A stretch of DNA of 64,000 nt, taken from positions 179,305-243,304 of the forward strand of contig CBDEGK010000004.1 of the NCBI GenBank assembly GCA_965237855.1, read 5' to 3'. The DNA is from Halieaceae bacterium (lineage in GTDB: Bacteria > Pseudomonadota > Gammaproteobacteria > Pseudomonadales > Halieaceae). A model generated the notes under the pieces. It saw only the letters and a list, made by a program, of their open reading frames with translations, searched no databases and was not told where the DNA came from. The position numbers and the translations under genes are program-made. Every line of letters starts with the position of its first letter. Position 1 is the first letter of the stretch. Below are positions 35,311 through 46,426 of the stretch, in pieces.

Positions 35311-35831
35311 CAGCGCAACTCCCGAAAAAGTGGTTCGAGAATATCGCGCCAGACCCGATCATCGATCACACCCACATGCCGATAGCGAATGATGCCCTCA
35401 CTATCCACCAGGTAGGTCTCCGGCGCGCCATACACCCCCAGGTCGAGACCGAGACTGCCCTCGGCGTCGACTATATTGACTCGATAGGGATTGCCGAGCT
35501 GCGCCAGCCACTCGATGGCCGCCGCATCTTCGTCTTTATAATTGATACCAAAGATCGGCACGCCCTGGTCCGAGAGCTTTTGCAACCAGGGATGCTCCAC
35601 CCGGCAGGAGATGCACCAGGTTGCCCAGACATTGAACAGGCTGGGCTCACCAATCACCGAGTTGCGCTGCAGCACCACCTCGTCACCGAGGGCTGGCAAC
35701 AGAAACTCCGGCAGTGGGTCGTCAATCAGCGCTGACGGCAGGGCCTTGGGATCCAGCTGCAAGCCGCGGGCCAGCAGCAACGCCAGCACCACAAACACCA
35801 GTAGCGGTGCAAACAGCTTAAGCCGCGCCAT
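35310..35831 (-). CDS. ccmG: thiol:disulfide oxidoreductase DsbE/CcmG
   Basis: Carries the WATWCISC thioredoxin CXXC motif. The ATG at 35831 is preferred over the TTG at 35837. Confidence 0.9.
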   Translation of the reverse strand: MARLKLFAPLLVFVVLALLLARGLQLDPKALPSALIDDPLPEFLLPALGDEVVLQRNSVIGEPSLFNVWATWCISCRVEHPWLQKLSDQGVPIFGINYKDEDAAAIEWLAQLGNPYRVNIVDAEGSLGLDLGVYGAPETYLVDSEGIIRYRHVGVIDDRVWRDILEPLFRELR

Positions 35832-37797
35832 GTTCAACCCCTGCTGCAGCCTCGCTGACGCGACTGGTCTGACGGCGGTAACGCTTGTCCGCCACGGTTA
35901 ACAGACCACCCAGCCCCATCAAAATTGCGCCGCCCCAGATCCAGCGCACAAACGGTTTGTAATGCAGGCGAATCGCCCAACCGTTGTCACCCACCGGGTC
36001 GCCCATGGCAATGAAAATATCCCGGAACAGGCCCGCATCGATCGCCGCTTCCGTCATGGTCTGACCCGATGCTAGGTAGCGACGTTTCTGGGGGGCCATG
36101 CGGGCGATTAAGTCGTCGCCCTGGTAGACCGTGAAACGGCCTTCTTCAGCCATGAAGTTAGGGCCCCGCACCACTACCAGTTCATTGAATTCGAAACGGT
36201 AGCCGGCGACTTCTTCAGACTGTCCGGGCACCATCTTCAGATCTTTCTCCACGGCATACTGCGTGGTTAGCACCAGTCCCAACGCGCACACGCCAATACC
36301 CAGGTGCGCTAATAGCATGCCGCAGTAGCTCGGCGTCAGGCGCGTCACGCCAGCGCCAAAGGACCTGGCATTACGCGTGCGTCCCCACACATCGCGGGCC
36401 AGGCCCAGCATCAGCCAACTGGCCAGGATGACCACCAGCATGACCGCCAGGTTGAAGTCGTCACCGTAAACCCAGGGGAACAGTAGCCCGATCACCAGCG
36501 CCGCCACCGCCGGCAGCAGTAACTCCGCGCGCCAGCGCTGCAGTTTGTCCTGCTTCCAGCGCGATACCGGACCCAGGCCCATAAAAGGCATCAGTACCGC
36601 CATCAACGGCACAAACACCGCGTTGAAGTACGGCGGGCCGACCGAGTATTTTCCCTGGCCCAGCGCATCCATCAGCAGCGGGAACAGGGTGCCGAACAGC
36701 ACCGTCAGGGTGGCCACCAGGAACACCACGTTGTTCACCAGTATCAGGCACTCGCGGGACACCCAGGCGAAACTGATGCGGCTCTGCACCGCCGGTGCCC
36801 GCAGCGCATAGAGTGTCAGTGAACCGCCGATCACGATGGCCAGGAACACCAGAATGAAGAGACCCCGGGCCGGATCTGTGGCAAACGCATGCACCGAGGT
36901 CAAGACACCGGAGCGCACCAGGAACGTGCCCAACAAACTCAGGGAGAAAGCAAATATCGCCAACAACACCGTCCAGCTTTTGAAGACGCCGCGCTTTTCA
37001 GTGACCGCCAGGCTATGCACCAGTGCGGTAGCCGCCAGCCAGGGCATGAAGGAGGCGTTTTCCACCGGGTCCCAGAACCACCAGCCGCCCCAACCCAGCT
37101 CGTAATAGGCCCACCAACTACCCAACATGATGCCCACACTGAGAAAGGCCCAGGCGGTGTTGGTCCAGGGCCGCGACCAGCGCGCCCACGACGCATCGAG
37201 CCGACCCGCCAACAACGCCGCGATGGCGAAAGCAAAGGCGACGGAAAGACCCACATAACCCATGTACAGAATCGGCGGATGGATGACCAGGCCAATATCC
37301 TGCAGTAAGGGATTGAGGTCACTACCATCGGCGGGTATACCCGGCAGGGTGCGTGCAAACGGATTTGAGGTCAGCAGGGAAAACAACAGGAAGCCCACCG
37401 CCACAAAACCCATGACCGAGAGCACCCGTGCCAATACGGTCAGTGGCAACTGGCGGCTGAACAGCGCCACCGCCGCCGTCCACAACGACAGCGTTAACAC
37501 CCACAGCAACAGCGAGCCTTCATGATTGCCCCACAAGGCCGAAAACTTGAAGGCGGGCGGCAGCAGGCTATTGGAGTGAGAGGCTACCAGTGCCACCGAA
37601 AAATCATCGGTGACAAAGGCGTGGGCCAGCATTGCGAAACTGATAGCAGTGAACACACACAGGCCAATCGCCAGCGAGGGCGCCAGCAACATGGCACCGC
37701 GATGGTTGGCGAAGCTACCCCACATAGGCACAATCGCCAGGCACAGGGCCAGGCACAGGGACAGGATCAGGGCAAAATGACCGAGTTCGGGTATCAA
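35818..37797 (-). CDS. ccmF: cytochrome c heme lyase subunit CcmF
   Basis: 659 aa polytopic membrane protein starting (TTG)[11 protein letters not shown]. The TTG overlaps the ccmE stop. Confidence 0.9.
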   Translation of the reverse strand: MIPELGHFALILSLCLALCLAIVPMWGSFANHRGAMLLAPSLAIGLCVFTAISFAMLAHAFVTDDFSVALVASHSNSLLPPAFKFSALWGNHEGSLLLWVLTLSLWTAAVALFSRQLPLTVLARVLSVMGFVAVGFLLFSLLTSNPFARTLPGIPADGSDLNPLLQDIGLVIHPPILYMGYVGLSVAFAFAIAALLAGRLDASWARWSRPWTNTAWAFLSVGIMLGSWWAYYELGWGGWWFWDPVENASFMPWLAATALVHSLAVTEKRGVFKSWTVLLAIFAFSLSLLGTFLVRSGVLTSVHAFATDPARGLFILVFLAIVIGGSLTLYALRAPAVQSRISFAWVSRECLILVNNVVFLVATLTVLFGTLFPLLMDALGQGKYSVGPPYFNAVFVPLMAVLMPFMGLGPVSRWKQDKLQRWRAELLLPAVAALVIGLLFPWVYGDDFNLAVMLVVILASWLMLGLARDVWGRTRNARSFGAGVTRLTPSYCGMLLAHLGIGVCALGLVLTTQYAVEKDLKMVPGQSEEVAGYRFEFNELVVVRGPNFMAEEGRFTVYQGDDLIARMAPQKRRYLASGQTMTEAAIDAGLFRDIFIAMGDPVGDNGWAIRLHYKPFVRWIWGGAILMGLGGLLTVADKRYRRQTSRVSEAAAGVEHGAA

Positions 37798-38342
37798 GAG
37801 CCAGCACCCCCGCCCATCTTAGCCTCGGATTTTGCCATTCCATTCGCCATTCCATTCGCCATTCCATTCGCCATTCCATTCGCCATTCCATTCGCCATTC
37901 CATTCGCCATTCCATTCACCTTTCCATTCGACAGGGCCTCCGCCACTTCCGGCGGCATGTAGTTTTCGTCGTGCTTGGCCAGCACCTCCGTGGCCTGGAA
38001 CACACCATTCTCATCCAGCACACCGGCGGCGACCACGCCCTCACCTTCGGCGAACAGGTCTGGCAAGATGCCCTCGTACTCCGCCGTAATCGTGGCCTGG
38101 TAGTCGGTGACATCGAAACGGATATGCAGACTGTCGTTGCTGCGCACCACGCTGCCCTCTACCACCATGCCACCCATACGAATCGACTGACCTATCGGCG
38201 CTTTGCCGGCGGCGATTTCCGCAGGCGGGAAGAACAGGTTGATATTGCCGCGCAGGCCATAGGCCACCAGGCCAATTGCCAGGCTGGAGAACGCCACGAT
38301 AAATACCACCACCAATAAACGCTGTTTACGCACCGGGTGCAT
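37794..38342 (-). CDS. ccmE: heme chaperone CcmE with an unusual C-terminal (NGMA)7 repeat tail
   Basis: Start at ATG 38342 ([14 protein letters not shown]...). The heme-binding region is [13 protein letters not shown]. About 40 extra C-terminal residues include NGKV(NGMA)7. Confidence 0.9.
   Translation of the reverse strand: MHPVRKQRLLVVVFIVAFSSLAIGLVAYGLRGNINLFFPPAEIAAGKAPIGQSIRMGGMVVEGSVVRSNDSLHIRFDVTDYQATITAEYEGILPDLFAEGEGVVAAGVLDENGVFQATEVLAKHDENYMPPEVAEALSNGKVNGMANGMANGMANGMANGMANGMANGMAKSEAKMGGGAGS
37834..37929. repeat. 12-bp tandem repeat GCCATTCCATTC x7 perfect plus 1 degenerate copy, in frame inside the 3' end of ccmE
   Basis: Read directly. The perfect copies span 37834-37917 and the degenerate copy ACCTTTCCATTC spans 37918-37929. 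Confidence 0.95.
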
Positions 38343-38532
38343 GATCACCTCCCTGTGCCGCAGCGTCTCGACGCCGGATGACGCCAAGTTGTTCGCGAGC
38401 GATACGCCCGTGCCTCACGACCGGGATCACCAACAGGGCCACGGCAACAAAAGCGGCGGCGGCAAATACAAACCACACATAAGCACCGTGCCCATCCATG
38501 GCCAACGCTGCGGCAACCGATTCAAACTGCAC
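38326..38532 (-). CDS. ccmD: heme exporter protein CcmD
   Basis: The GTG at 38532 gives [38 protein letters not shown]..., typical of CcmD. It overlaps the ccmC end and the ccmE start. The start is uncertain, and the ATG at 38499 is an alternative. Confidence 0.65.
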   Translation of the reverse strand: MQFESVAAALAMDGHGAYVWFVFAAAAFVAVALLVIPVVRHGRIAREQLGVIRRRDAAAQGGDHAPGA

Positions 38533-39274
38533 GGTCAACCTCCGCCCGTAACAGCTTGCGCACCCAGCCCGTATTGCCTTCGCGGCGCAGCAGTTCACCG
38601 CGCATATGCAAGAGCATGCTGCAGGCAAACAAACAGTAGAAAGCCACGATCATCAATAGTAGTGGCTGCAACATATCACTGTGCATGGAGGACTCTTCGG
38701 TGAACTTGATGGTGGCCGGCTGGTGCAGGCTGTACCACCAGTCCACCGATTTGTAGATGATAGGAATATTGATTGTCCCCACCAGGCTCAGTACCGCAGC
38801 GGCCTTGGCACCCAGGGCCTCGTCGTCCCAGGCTTCATAGAGGGCGATGACCCCCACGTAGAGAAAGAACAACACCAGCATGGACGTCACCCGGGCATCC
38901 CATACCCACCAGGTACCCCAGGTGGGCTTGCCCCAGACCGCGCCCGACAACAGGCCGAGGAAGGTAAATGCCGCGCCAATGGGCGCACAGGCTTTCAGGG
39001 CCACATCGGCCATTTTCATTTTCCAGATCAAGCTGACAGCGCCGGCACTGGCCATCACGTAATACCCCGCCAGTGCCACCACCGAGGCCGGCACATGCAC
39101 GTAGATGATGCGGAAACTGTTGCCCTGGCGGAAATCCGCCGGCGCATACAACAAACCCCAGATAGCACCCCAGGCCAACAACAGTAGGGTGATAGGCAGC
39201 AGCCACTGCAGGATGCGCCCGGCGATGGTGTACATCCAGGGGGGAGAACCGAGTTTATGGAAGAAGGACCACAT
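38522..39274 (-). CDS. ccmC: heme exporter protein CcmC
   Basis: 250 aa with the WWD motif WGTWWVWDARVTS. Confidence 0.92.
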   Translation of the reverse strand: MWSFFHKLGSPPWMYTIAGRILQWLLPITLLLLAWGAIWGLLYAPADFRQGNSFRIIYVHVPASVVALAGYYVMASAGAVSLIWKMKMADVALKACAPIGAAFTFLGLLSGAVWGKPTWGTWWVWDARVTSMLVLFFLYVGVIALYEAWDDEALGAKAAAVLSLVGTINIPIIYKSVDWWYSLHQPATIKFTEESSMHSDMLQPLLLMIVAFYCLFACSMLLHMRGELLRREGNTGWVRKLLRAEVDRAV

Positions 39275-39330
39275 GGCGATTAACGTTGACTCACAGGGGT
39301 GGAATTATACAGAGGAAGACGACGCAAAAC

Positions 39331-40008
39331 CTAGCCCGCATCAACCGAGATACGCAATCCGGCGGCACAGGCCAGCGGTGCCAAGGCCACCGCCAATGCC
39401 AGCATACCCGCCAAAATAGACAGCTGGGGCACAGCAGAATTCCCCTGGACGGCGAATTGCACCGCGCCGCTGCCAAAAATAAGCACCGGCACGTACAGAG
39501 GCAGGATCAACAATGACAAGAGAATGCCGCCGCGCCGCAGACCGACCGTGAGCGCGGCACCAATGCTACCCACCAGGCTCAACACCCCGGTTCCTAACAC
39601 CAGGCTCAATAACAACACGCCCATGGCGGCAGCGGGTAATTGCAACATGACTGCGAACAGGGGTGCCATGAGGACCAGTGGCAAGCCGGTGATCAGCCAG
39701 TGGGCCGCGGCATACACCAGGCAACTAAAAAACAGGGGCTGGGGCATCAGCACCAGTTGCTCCAGCGAGCCATCTTCGAAATCGCTGCGAAACATACTCT
39801 CGGCTGCCATCAGGGTCGACAGCAGGGCCACGATCCAGAAAATACCCGGCGCAAAGCGGGCCAGCTGGCTGGGATCGGGACCGATACCAAGGGGGAACAA
39901 CATCATCACCATGGCGAAAAACAACAGGGGATTGGCCATTTCCGCCGGCCGCCGCAGCGCCAGCGTTAACTGCCGGCGCAACAGGCCGGAGGCGAACCCA
40001 GCACTCAC
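39331..40008 (-). CDS. ccmB: heme exporter permease CcmB
   Basis: 225 aa, 6 TM helices. The GTG start overlaps the ccmA stop (GTGA). Confidence 0.9.
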   Translation of the reverse strand: MSAGFASGLLRRQLTLALRRPAEMANPLLFFAMVMMLFPLGIGPDPSQLARFAPGIFWIVALLSTLMAAESMFRSDFEDGSLEQLVLMPQPLFFSCLVYAAAHWLITGLPLVLMAPLFAVMLQLPAAAMGVLLLSLVLGTGVLSLVGSIGAALTVGLRRGGILLSLLILPLYVPVLIFGSGAVQFAVQGNSAVPQLSILAGMLALAVALAPLACAAGLRISVDAG

Positions 40009-40613
40009 GTGCTCACTCCCAGTTGTGCTCCCAATTTCACTCTGCGCAAAGGATATTGCACCGGCAGCGCCTGGTGCGAGGTCACAACAATCGCCGCGCC
40101 CTCGCTCGCCCGCTGCTCCAGCAGTGCCGCCAGTTTGATCACGCCGTCGGCATCAATGGAGGTAAACGGTTCATCCAGCAGCCACAGCTTGGCATCACTC
40201 AGGTACAGACGCGCCAGCCCCACCCGCCGCTGCTGGCCGGCGGACAAGTTCTGGCAGTGAACATCTTCGTATCCAAATAAACCGACCTGTTGCAGGGCAT
40301 CATCGATACCCCGTGTGTCCCAACCGTGGCCGCGGCAATACCAGTCAAGATTTTCCCGCGGCGTTAACAGGGGTTTGATAGCGGCCTTGTGGCCGAGGTA
40401 CAACTGACTGCAATTGGTCCGCTGAATATTGCGCTCGTTGCCAAAACTGGACAGCCCCGCCAGGTAGCGCAGCAGCGACGTCTTCCCCGTGCCATTGCCG
40501 CCCTCGACCTGGATCAACTCGCCGGCCGCTACCTGTAAATTAAAATTCTGCAGCAATACCCGGCCGCCGCGTTCCAGCGTCAGGCCCTCGACCGTGAGCA
40601 GGCTGCCTGGCAT
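40005..40613 (-). CDS. ccmA: cytochrome c biogenesis ATP-binding export protein CcmA
   Basis: 202 aa with Walker A GGNGTGKTS, ABC signature LSAGQQRRV and Walker B sequence LWLLDEP. Confidence 0.92.
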   Translation of the reverse strand: MPGSLLTVEGLTLERGGRVLLQNFNLQVAAGELIQVEGGNGTGKTSLLRYLAGLSSFGNERNIQRTNCSQLYLGHKAAIKPLLTPRENLDWYCRGHGWDTRGIDDALQQVGLFGYEDVHCQNLSAGQQRRVGLARLYLSDAKLWLLDEPFTSIDADGVIKLAALLEQRASEGAAIVVTSHQALPVQYPLRRVKLGAQLGVST

Positions 40614-40614
40614 T

Positions 40615-41457
40615 TCAGAGACTGACTACATTGATGGCGGGCAGGTGAATGTCCTCATCGATTTCGATCTTCAGGGAGGTGAAATCAAACAGCCCGAGAT
40701 CACCCAACTGTGATGGGGCCACGTTGCAGATACTTCGGAAGATGGTTTCCGTGCGACCGGGATACTGCCGCTCCCAGTCCTGCAACATCTTCTTGATCTG
40801 CACCCGCTGCAAATTGTCCTGGGAGCCACACAGGTTGCAGGGAATGATGGGGAAGGCTTTGTACTCGGCAAAGGCTACCAGGTCACTCTCTTTGCAGTAG
40901 GCCATGGGGCGAATCACCACGTTGTTGCCGTCATCACTGAGCAGCTTGGGCGGCATCGCCTTGAGGCTGCCCTGGAAAAACATATTCAGGAACAAGGTTT
41001 CCACGATATCGTCGCGGTGATGGCCCAGCGCAATGCGGGTGGCACCGATATCCTGGGCGAAGCCATACAGGCTACCCCGGCGCAGACGCGAACACAGGCC
41101 ACAGGTGGTGTTGCCCTCGGGCACCACTTCTTTGACGATGCTGTAGGTGTCTTTTTCCAGGATGTAATAAGGCACGCCTACCCGGTCCAGGTACTCTGGC
41201 AGCACCTGTTCGGGAAAGCCCGGTTGTTTCTGGTCGAGGTTGACCGCCACCAGCTCGAAATTCACCGGCGCACTGCGCTGCAGATTCAGCAGGATGTCGA
41301 GCATGGAGTAGGAGTCTTTGCCACCGGAGAGGCAGACCATCACGCGGTCCCCTTCCTCGATCATCTGGTAGTCCGCGATCGCATTGCCGACATTGCGACG
41401 CAGCCGCTTCTGCAGTTTGTTGAACTGGGTTTTCTCTTTTTTCGACAAATCTCGCAT
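40615..41457 (-). CDS. ttcA: tRNA 2-thiocytidine(32) synthetase TtcA
   Basis: Start at ATG 41457 ([21 protein letters not shown]). It has the PP-loop CLSGGKDS and CxxC pairs (CGLC, CNLC). The 228 upstream codons of the track ORF are antisense to mdh and are rejected. Confidence 0.88.
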   Translation of the reverse strand: MRDLSKKEKTQFNKLQKRLRRNVGNAIADYQMIEEGDRVMVCLSGGKDSYSMLDILLNLQRSAPVNFELVAVNLDQKQPGFPEQVLPEYLDRVGVPYYILEKDTYSIVKEVVPEGNTTCGLCSRLRRGSLYGFAQDIGATRIALGHHRDDIVETLFLNMFFQGSLKAMPPKLLSDDGNNVVIRPMAYCKESDLVAFAEYKAFPIIPCNLCGSQDNLQRVQIKKMLQDWERQYPGRTETIFRSICNVAPSQLGDLGLFDFTSLKIEIDEDIHLPAINVVSL

Positions 41458-41580
41458 GGGCGCGGATTTTACGCGTTTTGGCGGCAAATCCCAATGCAAG
41501 TGGCAATTGTGCGGCGAGATGTCTAAAATGGCCGCCCCTGAATCAACACCCCTTTCACTCTCTGTAAGGAAACTAATCCC

Positions 41581-42561
<981 letters not shown>

Positions 42562-42589
42562 AGGCCCTTGTCAGGCGAAATAGTGCTAG

Positions 42590-43201
42590 ATGGATCAGGC
42601 ATCGACCAAGAGTTACCACCACGGTAACCTGCGCAACGAATTGCTCGACACCGCTGAGGCCCAACTGGCCGAAGGTGTTGAGGAACTCAGCCTGCGTGCC
42701 CTGGCCCGAGCCGTCGGTGTTTCACAAACCGCCCCCTATCGCCACTTCAGTGACAAGAACGAACTGTTAGTCGCCCTCGCCACCCGGGGCTACCAACAAC
42801 TGCTTATTGAGTTGAAACAAGCTGGCCTGCAAGCCAGTGGGCCCGAGCAACAACTGGGGGCCTTTGCTCACACCTATATCAACTACGCCGTACGTCACCC
42901 GGATTTGTTTCGCTTGATGTTTGGCCCCATGGACCGACCCCAGGAAGATTACCCGGAACTGCGCCAGGCCATGCGCGACACTTATGACCTGGTGCGCAAC
43001 ATTATGCGCGAGGGGATGGTACAGGGCATTTTCAAACAGCACGACGTTGAGTACCTGGCGAATGCCGGTTGGTCAGCCATTCACGGCCTGGCCACACTCA
43101 AAATTGACACCCCCCACGTATTTGAACGCCATATCGACCTGCAGCGACAGATTGAACTGGGCGTACAGATTTTCCTCGAGGGTGTTCGCCGCGGGGATTG
43201 A
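42590..43201 (+). CDS. TetR/AcrR family transcriptional regulator
   Basis: 203 aa with the N-terminal HTH sequence LSLRALARAVGVSQTAPYRHF. Confidence 0.85.
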   Translation: MDQASTKSYHHGNLRNELLDTAEAQLAEGVEELSLRALARAVGVSQTAPYRHFSDKNELLVALATRGYQQLLIELKQAGLQASGPEQQLGAFAHTYINYAVRHPDLFRLMFGPMDRPQEDYPELRQAMRDTYDLVRNIMREGMVQGIFKQHDVEYLANAGWSAIHGLATLKIDTPHVFERHIDLQRQIELGVQIFLEGVRRGD

Positions 43202-43239
43202 AAATCCTCGTGTCGGTGCCGGCGCGGACACAATCTCCT

Positions 43240-45462
43240 TCACTCCAAATAAACTGCATCAGGTCTGGGTTTCAACGGCGGCGGCGAGCGATGCCCCCAC
43301 ACCTCGGCATCGGACAAGAGATGCCCCCATCCGGTAGCCTCGTATTGGTAAGTCGTAGTCTCCTCGATCGCGCCATCACCGTTCTCGTCCCGATCATACC
43401 GCGTTAGATTGCCATCGAGATCGTATTGCCAGGTCTCAAGGTGCTCTGGCCTGCCATTGTCATCGCTGTCCTCTTCCGCGCGCGTCAGCTTGCCATTTTC
43501 ATTGTACTGCCAACTGATTATCTCGCCGTCGCCAGGCTCGCCGGTCGCAAAGCGGGTCAAATTGCCATTGGCATCATAGTGGTAGCTACGGTTGCCGCCG
43601 GATTGGTAGAAATTGCCGCGAATCCAAAAATGCTCAGTGGCTGTGATTTCGTGCAGCATCACGGTGCCATTGGCGTGGTATTGCCACAACTCGAGGCGGT
43701 AGTTGGGTAGCACTCCCTCGCAGATGTCGGCACACTCATAGGGTGCCATGTTCTCATAGCGTGTCACGTTGCTGTTGGCGTCATATTGCCAGATCTCTAC
43801 TTCCGCCAGCTCGCCAGCGACGGCGTCGACTCGATCTGTGCGGGTCACTTGGCCGTTGGCGTCATACTGATAATGCCAGGTCTCGATTTCATCCGCCACG
43901 CCGTCGGCGTCATTTTCATATCGTGTCGGTTTGCCCTCTGCATCGTAGTGCCAACTCTCGGCACGCTCTGGTGAGCCGTCGGCATCACGATCCAATTCCT
44001 GCCGGGTCACATTGTCATCGCGGTCATACTGCCAACTTTCAATTTGATGGCGCGTGCTGCCAGAAATTTGCTCGGCGTGTGACTCAAACCGGGTAATGTT
44101 ACCGCTGGCGTCGTACTGCTCGCTCTCGAATCCCTCTCTGCCGTCGGCTTCATGCCACGCTTGCCGATACTGCGTCAAGCTGCCGTCAACGTCGTATTGC
44201 CAAGTCTCGAATCCCCCACTTGGCGCATCATCCAAGTCGTCGTCAACCTGAACGTGCGTCGGATTGCCGTCCGCGTTGTACTGGTAACGGATAATTCGTT
44301 CCGGCGTGCCGTTGGCATCTCCATCAAATTCATGCCGGGTTTCATTGCCGTTGGCGTCGTAATGCCGGGTCTGGACTTCGTCATACATGTTAAACAGCAA
44401 AGCGTCACGCTCATACCGGGTCACATTGCCGTCGGCGTCGTACTGCCAACTTTCGAAGCCTAGCGTCTCACTCTCATGGCGGGTCACGTTACCGTTGGCA
44501 TCGTATTGCCAGTGCTCGGTGAATGCCGAATCGTCAGCCCCGTCTCCGTTCGTCCGCACGGTTACCCCAACCGTTTGGGGATCAATTGCCAACGCCGCGT
44601 AGAGGTGTTCAAGCGCGACTGCAGGCTTGACGATCCCATGTGCCTCATTGAATCGCTGCTCCCTGTTCGCTTGCCCCAGCGCGTGGCGCAGCCTTGGCTC
44701 CATCTGAAATGACCGCCAATGTTGGCTCAGATTGAGGCTCACCCCCCGGAAAAGAGCGGCTACGTCGGGGCTGATCTGTATGCCGTTGTCTGGATCGGCG
44801 TCGTGGTCCAGGCTGTGCAACAAAACCGCCAGGTTAATAACGGCGCGGAATGGGTCATCCTCGCCCTCGAGCGCCCAGGTGATATCTATTCCGGTAACCA
44901 CTGCCGAGCCAGCCAGGTCAAACGGCGTCACCTCTGCTCGACCCACAACCTCACCGAGCACGGTATCGCCAATCAGAAAACGAACCGTTTCACCTTGTGC
45001 GTACTCAAAGCTGCCATCGAGATTCGTAAACCCCTGATAGCTTGGACTCTCGTAAGCCACGCCCGCCGCCGGACCACCTCCCAGATAGCCGACTACTCCG
45101 GTAATGGGCTCAAACACCGCTGTGCTCGGGGGAATCTCATAATCTGGATAGGTCTCATCCATCCAGGAAACCCAATCTTCTTCTGCGTCAATGCGGCAGT
45201 ACTGAAAATCGGACTGTTGCGAGCACGGCCCTTCCCAGCGGACGAAGCGCCAGCCGGGCCTGGGTTCCGCTTTGTAGTTGACGAAGTAGTTGCCGCTGAC
45301 CTCATTCTCGCTGCAAGCGGTGTCCTGCGTGAGAAATTGTTCGAGAGTACAGCCATGGCCGGAGTTGTTGGCGTCGACAATATCACCCTCTCCCACTACT
45401 GCCAGGGGGTGTTTACAGGCTTGGAGTATGAGGATGACTGCCAGAGTCGTGAAAATCCTCAT
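43240..45462 (-). CDS. YD/RHS-repeat lipoprotein without a recognisable toxin or Rhs-core domain
   Basis: 740 aa. The lipobox is AVILILQAC. At least 12 repeats of the type (E)xWQYDANGNVTRxE fill the C-terminal 430 aa. Confidence 0.75.
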   Translation of the reverse strand: MRIFTTLAVILILQACKHPLAVVGEGDIVDANNSGHGCTLEQFLTQDTACSENEVSGNYFVNYKAEPRPGWRFVRWEGPCSQQSDFQYCRIDAEEDWVSWMDETYPDYEIPPSTAVFEPITGVVGYLGGGPAAGVAYESPSYQGFTNLDGSFEYAQGETVRFLIGDTVLGEVVGRAEVTPFDLAGSAVVTGIDITWALEGEDDPFRAVINLAVLLHSLDHDADPDNGIQISPDVAALFRGVSLNLSQHWRSFQMEPRLRHALGQANREQRFNEAHGIVKPAVALEHLYAALAIDPQTVGVTVRTNGDGADDSAFTEHWQYDANGNVTRHESETLGFESWQYDADGNVTRYERDALLFNMYDEVQTRHYDANGNETRHEFDGDANGTPERIIRYQYNADGNPTHVQVDDDLDDAPSGGFETWQYDVDGSLTQYRQAWHEADGREGFESEQYDASGNITRFESHAEQISGSTRHQIESWQYDRDDNVTRQELDRDADGSPERAESWHYDAEGKPTRYENDADGVADEIETWHYQYDANGQVTRTDRVDAVAGELAEVEIWQYDANSNVTRYENMAPYECADICEGVLPNYRLELWQYHANGTVMLHEITATEHFWIRGNFYQSGGNRSYHYDANGNLTRFATGEPGDGEIISWQYNENGKLTRAEEDSDDNGRPEHLETWQYDLDGNLTRYDRDENGDGAIEETTTYQYEATGWGHLLSDAEVWGHRSPPPLKPRPDAVYLE

Positions 45463-45674
45463 TTCTCTGCCTCCTGACGCTGGAAGGCGACCCAGCCTAG
45501 CGCGTTGGCGAAAAATGGTAGTAGTAATATTATAGTCCAGATTGGCTGGATGAGCCGCGCAAGCTGGTCTTCTGCTACCCAGCGAATGGCAGGCCGACCG
45601 TCAGTTTTTCGGTCACAGCGGACCCCGTTCAATCCCGGTTTACCCAGATTCAACTCCGGAACGATGCAAGTCCC

Positions 45675-45707
45675 CTATACTCCGAAAGCGGACATTCGCG
45701 GTCTGCT
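45675..45707 (+). repeat. bipartite array repeat, copy 1 (3' half only; leftmost element of the array)
   Basis: CTATACTCCGAAAGCGGACATTCGCGGTCTGCT matches the 3'-half consensus. No 5' half was seen upstream. Confidence 0.8.
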
Positions 45708-45804
45708 GTACTAAGAGAAATTTTCGATTCAAAATTACCGACGGAGTATGCGTCCATGAGACGTGATATAACATGTCGCTTAGACTTTGAATAGGCTGTT
45801 AGGC
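45708..45804 (+). repeat. conserved ~97-bp leader module, copy M1, ending in the core site GTTAGGC
   Basis: Alignable with the copies at 51093, 54177 and 57446. It contains the palindrome GACGTGATATAACATGTC (45760-45777) and ends GGCTG|TTAGGC. Confidence 0.8.
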
Positions 45805-45823
45805 ATCTCATGAGGAACATATT

Positions 45824-46330
45824 ATGGAGATGAATTGGGAAGCGACAGGAGCAATCGCGGAGCTCCTTGCTGCTCTGGGGGTTATAGCAACACTGGTATA
45901 TTTGGCGGTCCAGATTAAGCAACAAGGTACCTCACAGATTGAGAGTAGCCACAAAGAAGCAAGGGGCCAGTCCTACCAGAGCCTGCTGATGGGCTTACAG
46001 AATCACTTCGGTGCGGTCGCGTTAGACGAAACACTTTCGGATATATTTCGAAGGGGTCTGGCTAGCTACGAATCTCTAAATTCTCTAGAACAATTTCGAT
46101 TTAATTGGGTGCTAGGCGGCTATCTGGTAACCAATGAGAACGCTTTCTACCAGAAGAAAGATGGCATATTGTCCGAAGACCGCTGGGACCATCTGTTCAG
46201 AGCATTGAAGTGGTATTATTTATCCCCTGGTGTCAGAGAGTGGTGGCTGAGCTACCCAAAAGATACCCTCCATCCGGAGTTTGCTGCCCTAATTGAAGAG
46301 TATATTCGAACCATCGAAGAAGCCGCCTAA
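45824..46330 (+). CDS. cassette ORF, family A (N-terminal TM anchor, ~150-170 aa), paralogue 1
   Basis: 168 aa. MEMNWEATGAIAELLAALGVIATLVYLAVQIKQ aligns with the N-termini of the ORFs at 47916 and 57561. The stop codon lies inside the attC R'' box. Confidence 0.75.
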   Translation: MEMNWEATGAIAELLAALGVIATLVYLAVQIKQQGTSQIESSHKEARGQSYQSLLMGLQNHFGAVALDETLSDIFRRGLASYESLNSLEQFRFNWVLGGYLVTNENAFYQKKDGILSEDRWDHLFRALKWYYLSPGVREWWLSYPKDTLHPEFAALIEEYIRTIEEAA

Positions 46331-46414
46331 CAAGTCAGTCAAATTCGCGCCTATCGGCGCCGGACAGCCTAATCGCGGCTTCGCCGCAGGCTACCGTTTA
46401 CTGAGGCGTTACGT
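46325..46414 (+). other. attC recombination site (X1)
   Basis: The site reads GCCTAAC-aag-TCAGTCAAA...TTTACTGA-ggc-GTTACGT. L''/L' pair with one extrahelical C. R'' is the exact complement of the cassette start GTTAGGC at 45798. Confidence 0.75.
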
Positions 46415-46426
46415 CCGCTTCTAGGT

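Noticed and set aside
37834-37929. Possible CRISPR or other non-coding repeat array
   Set aside because: The 12-bp units are directly tandem with no spacers. They are in frame within ccmE, so this is a coding microsatellite.
43240-45462. YD-repeat protein as an Rhs/T6SS toxin with the downstream cassettes as immunity genes
   Set aside because: No Rhs core motif, C-terminal toxin domain, PAAR/VgrG neighbour or adjacent immunity ORF was seen. The gene is transcribed away from the array.
45459-45653. 64-aa minus-strand ORF at the left array border as an intI remnant
   Set aside because: It has no tyrosine-recombinase motifs (R..H..R..Y context). It is too short and overlaps the YD gene start.
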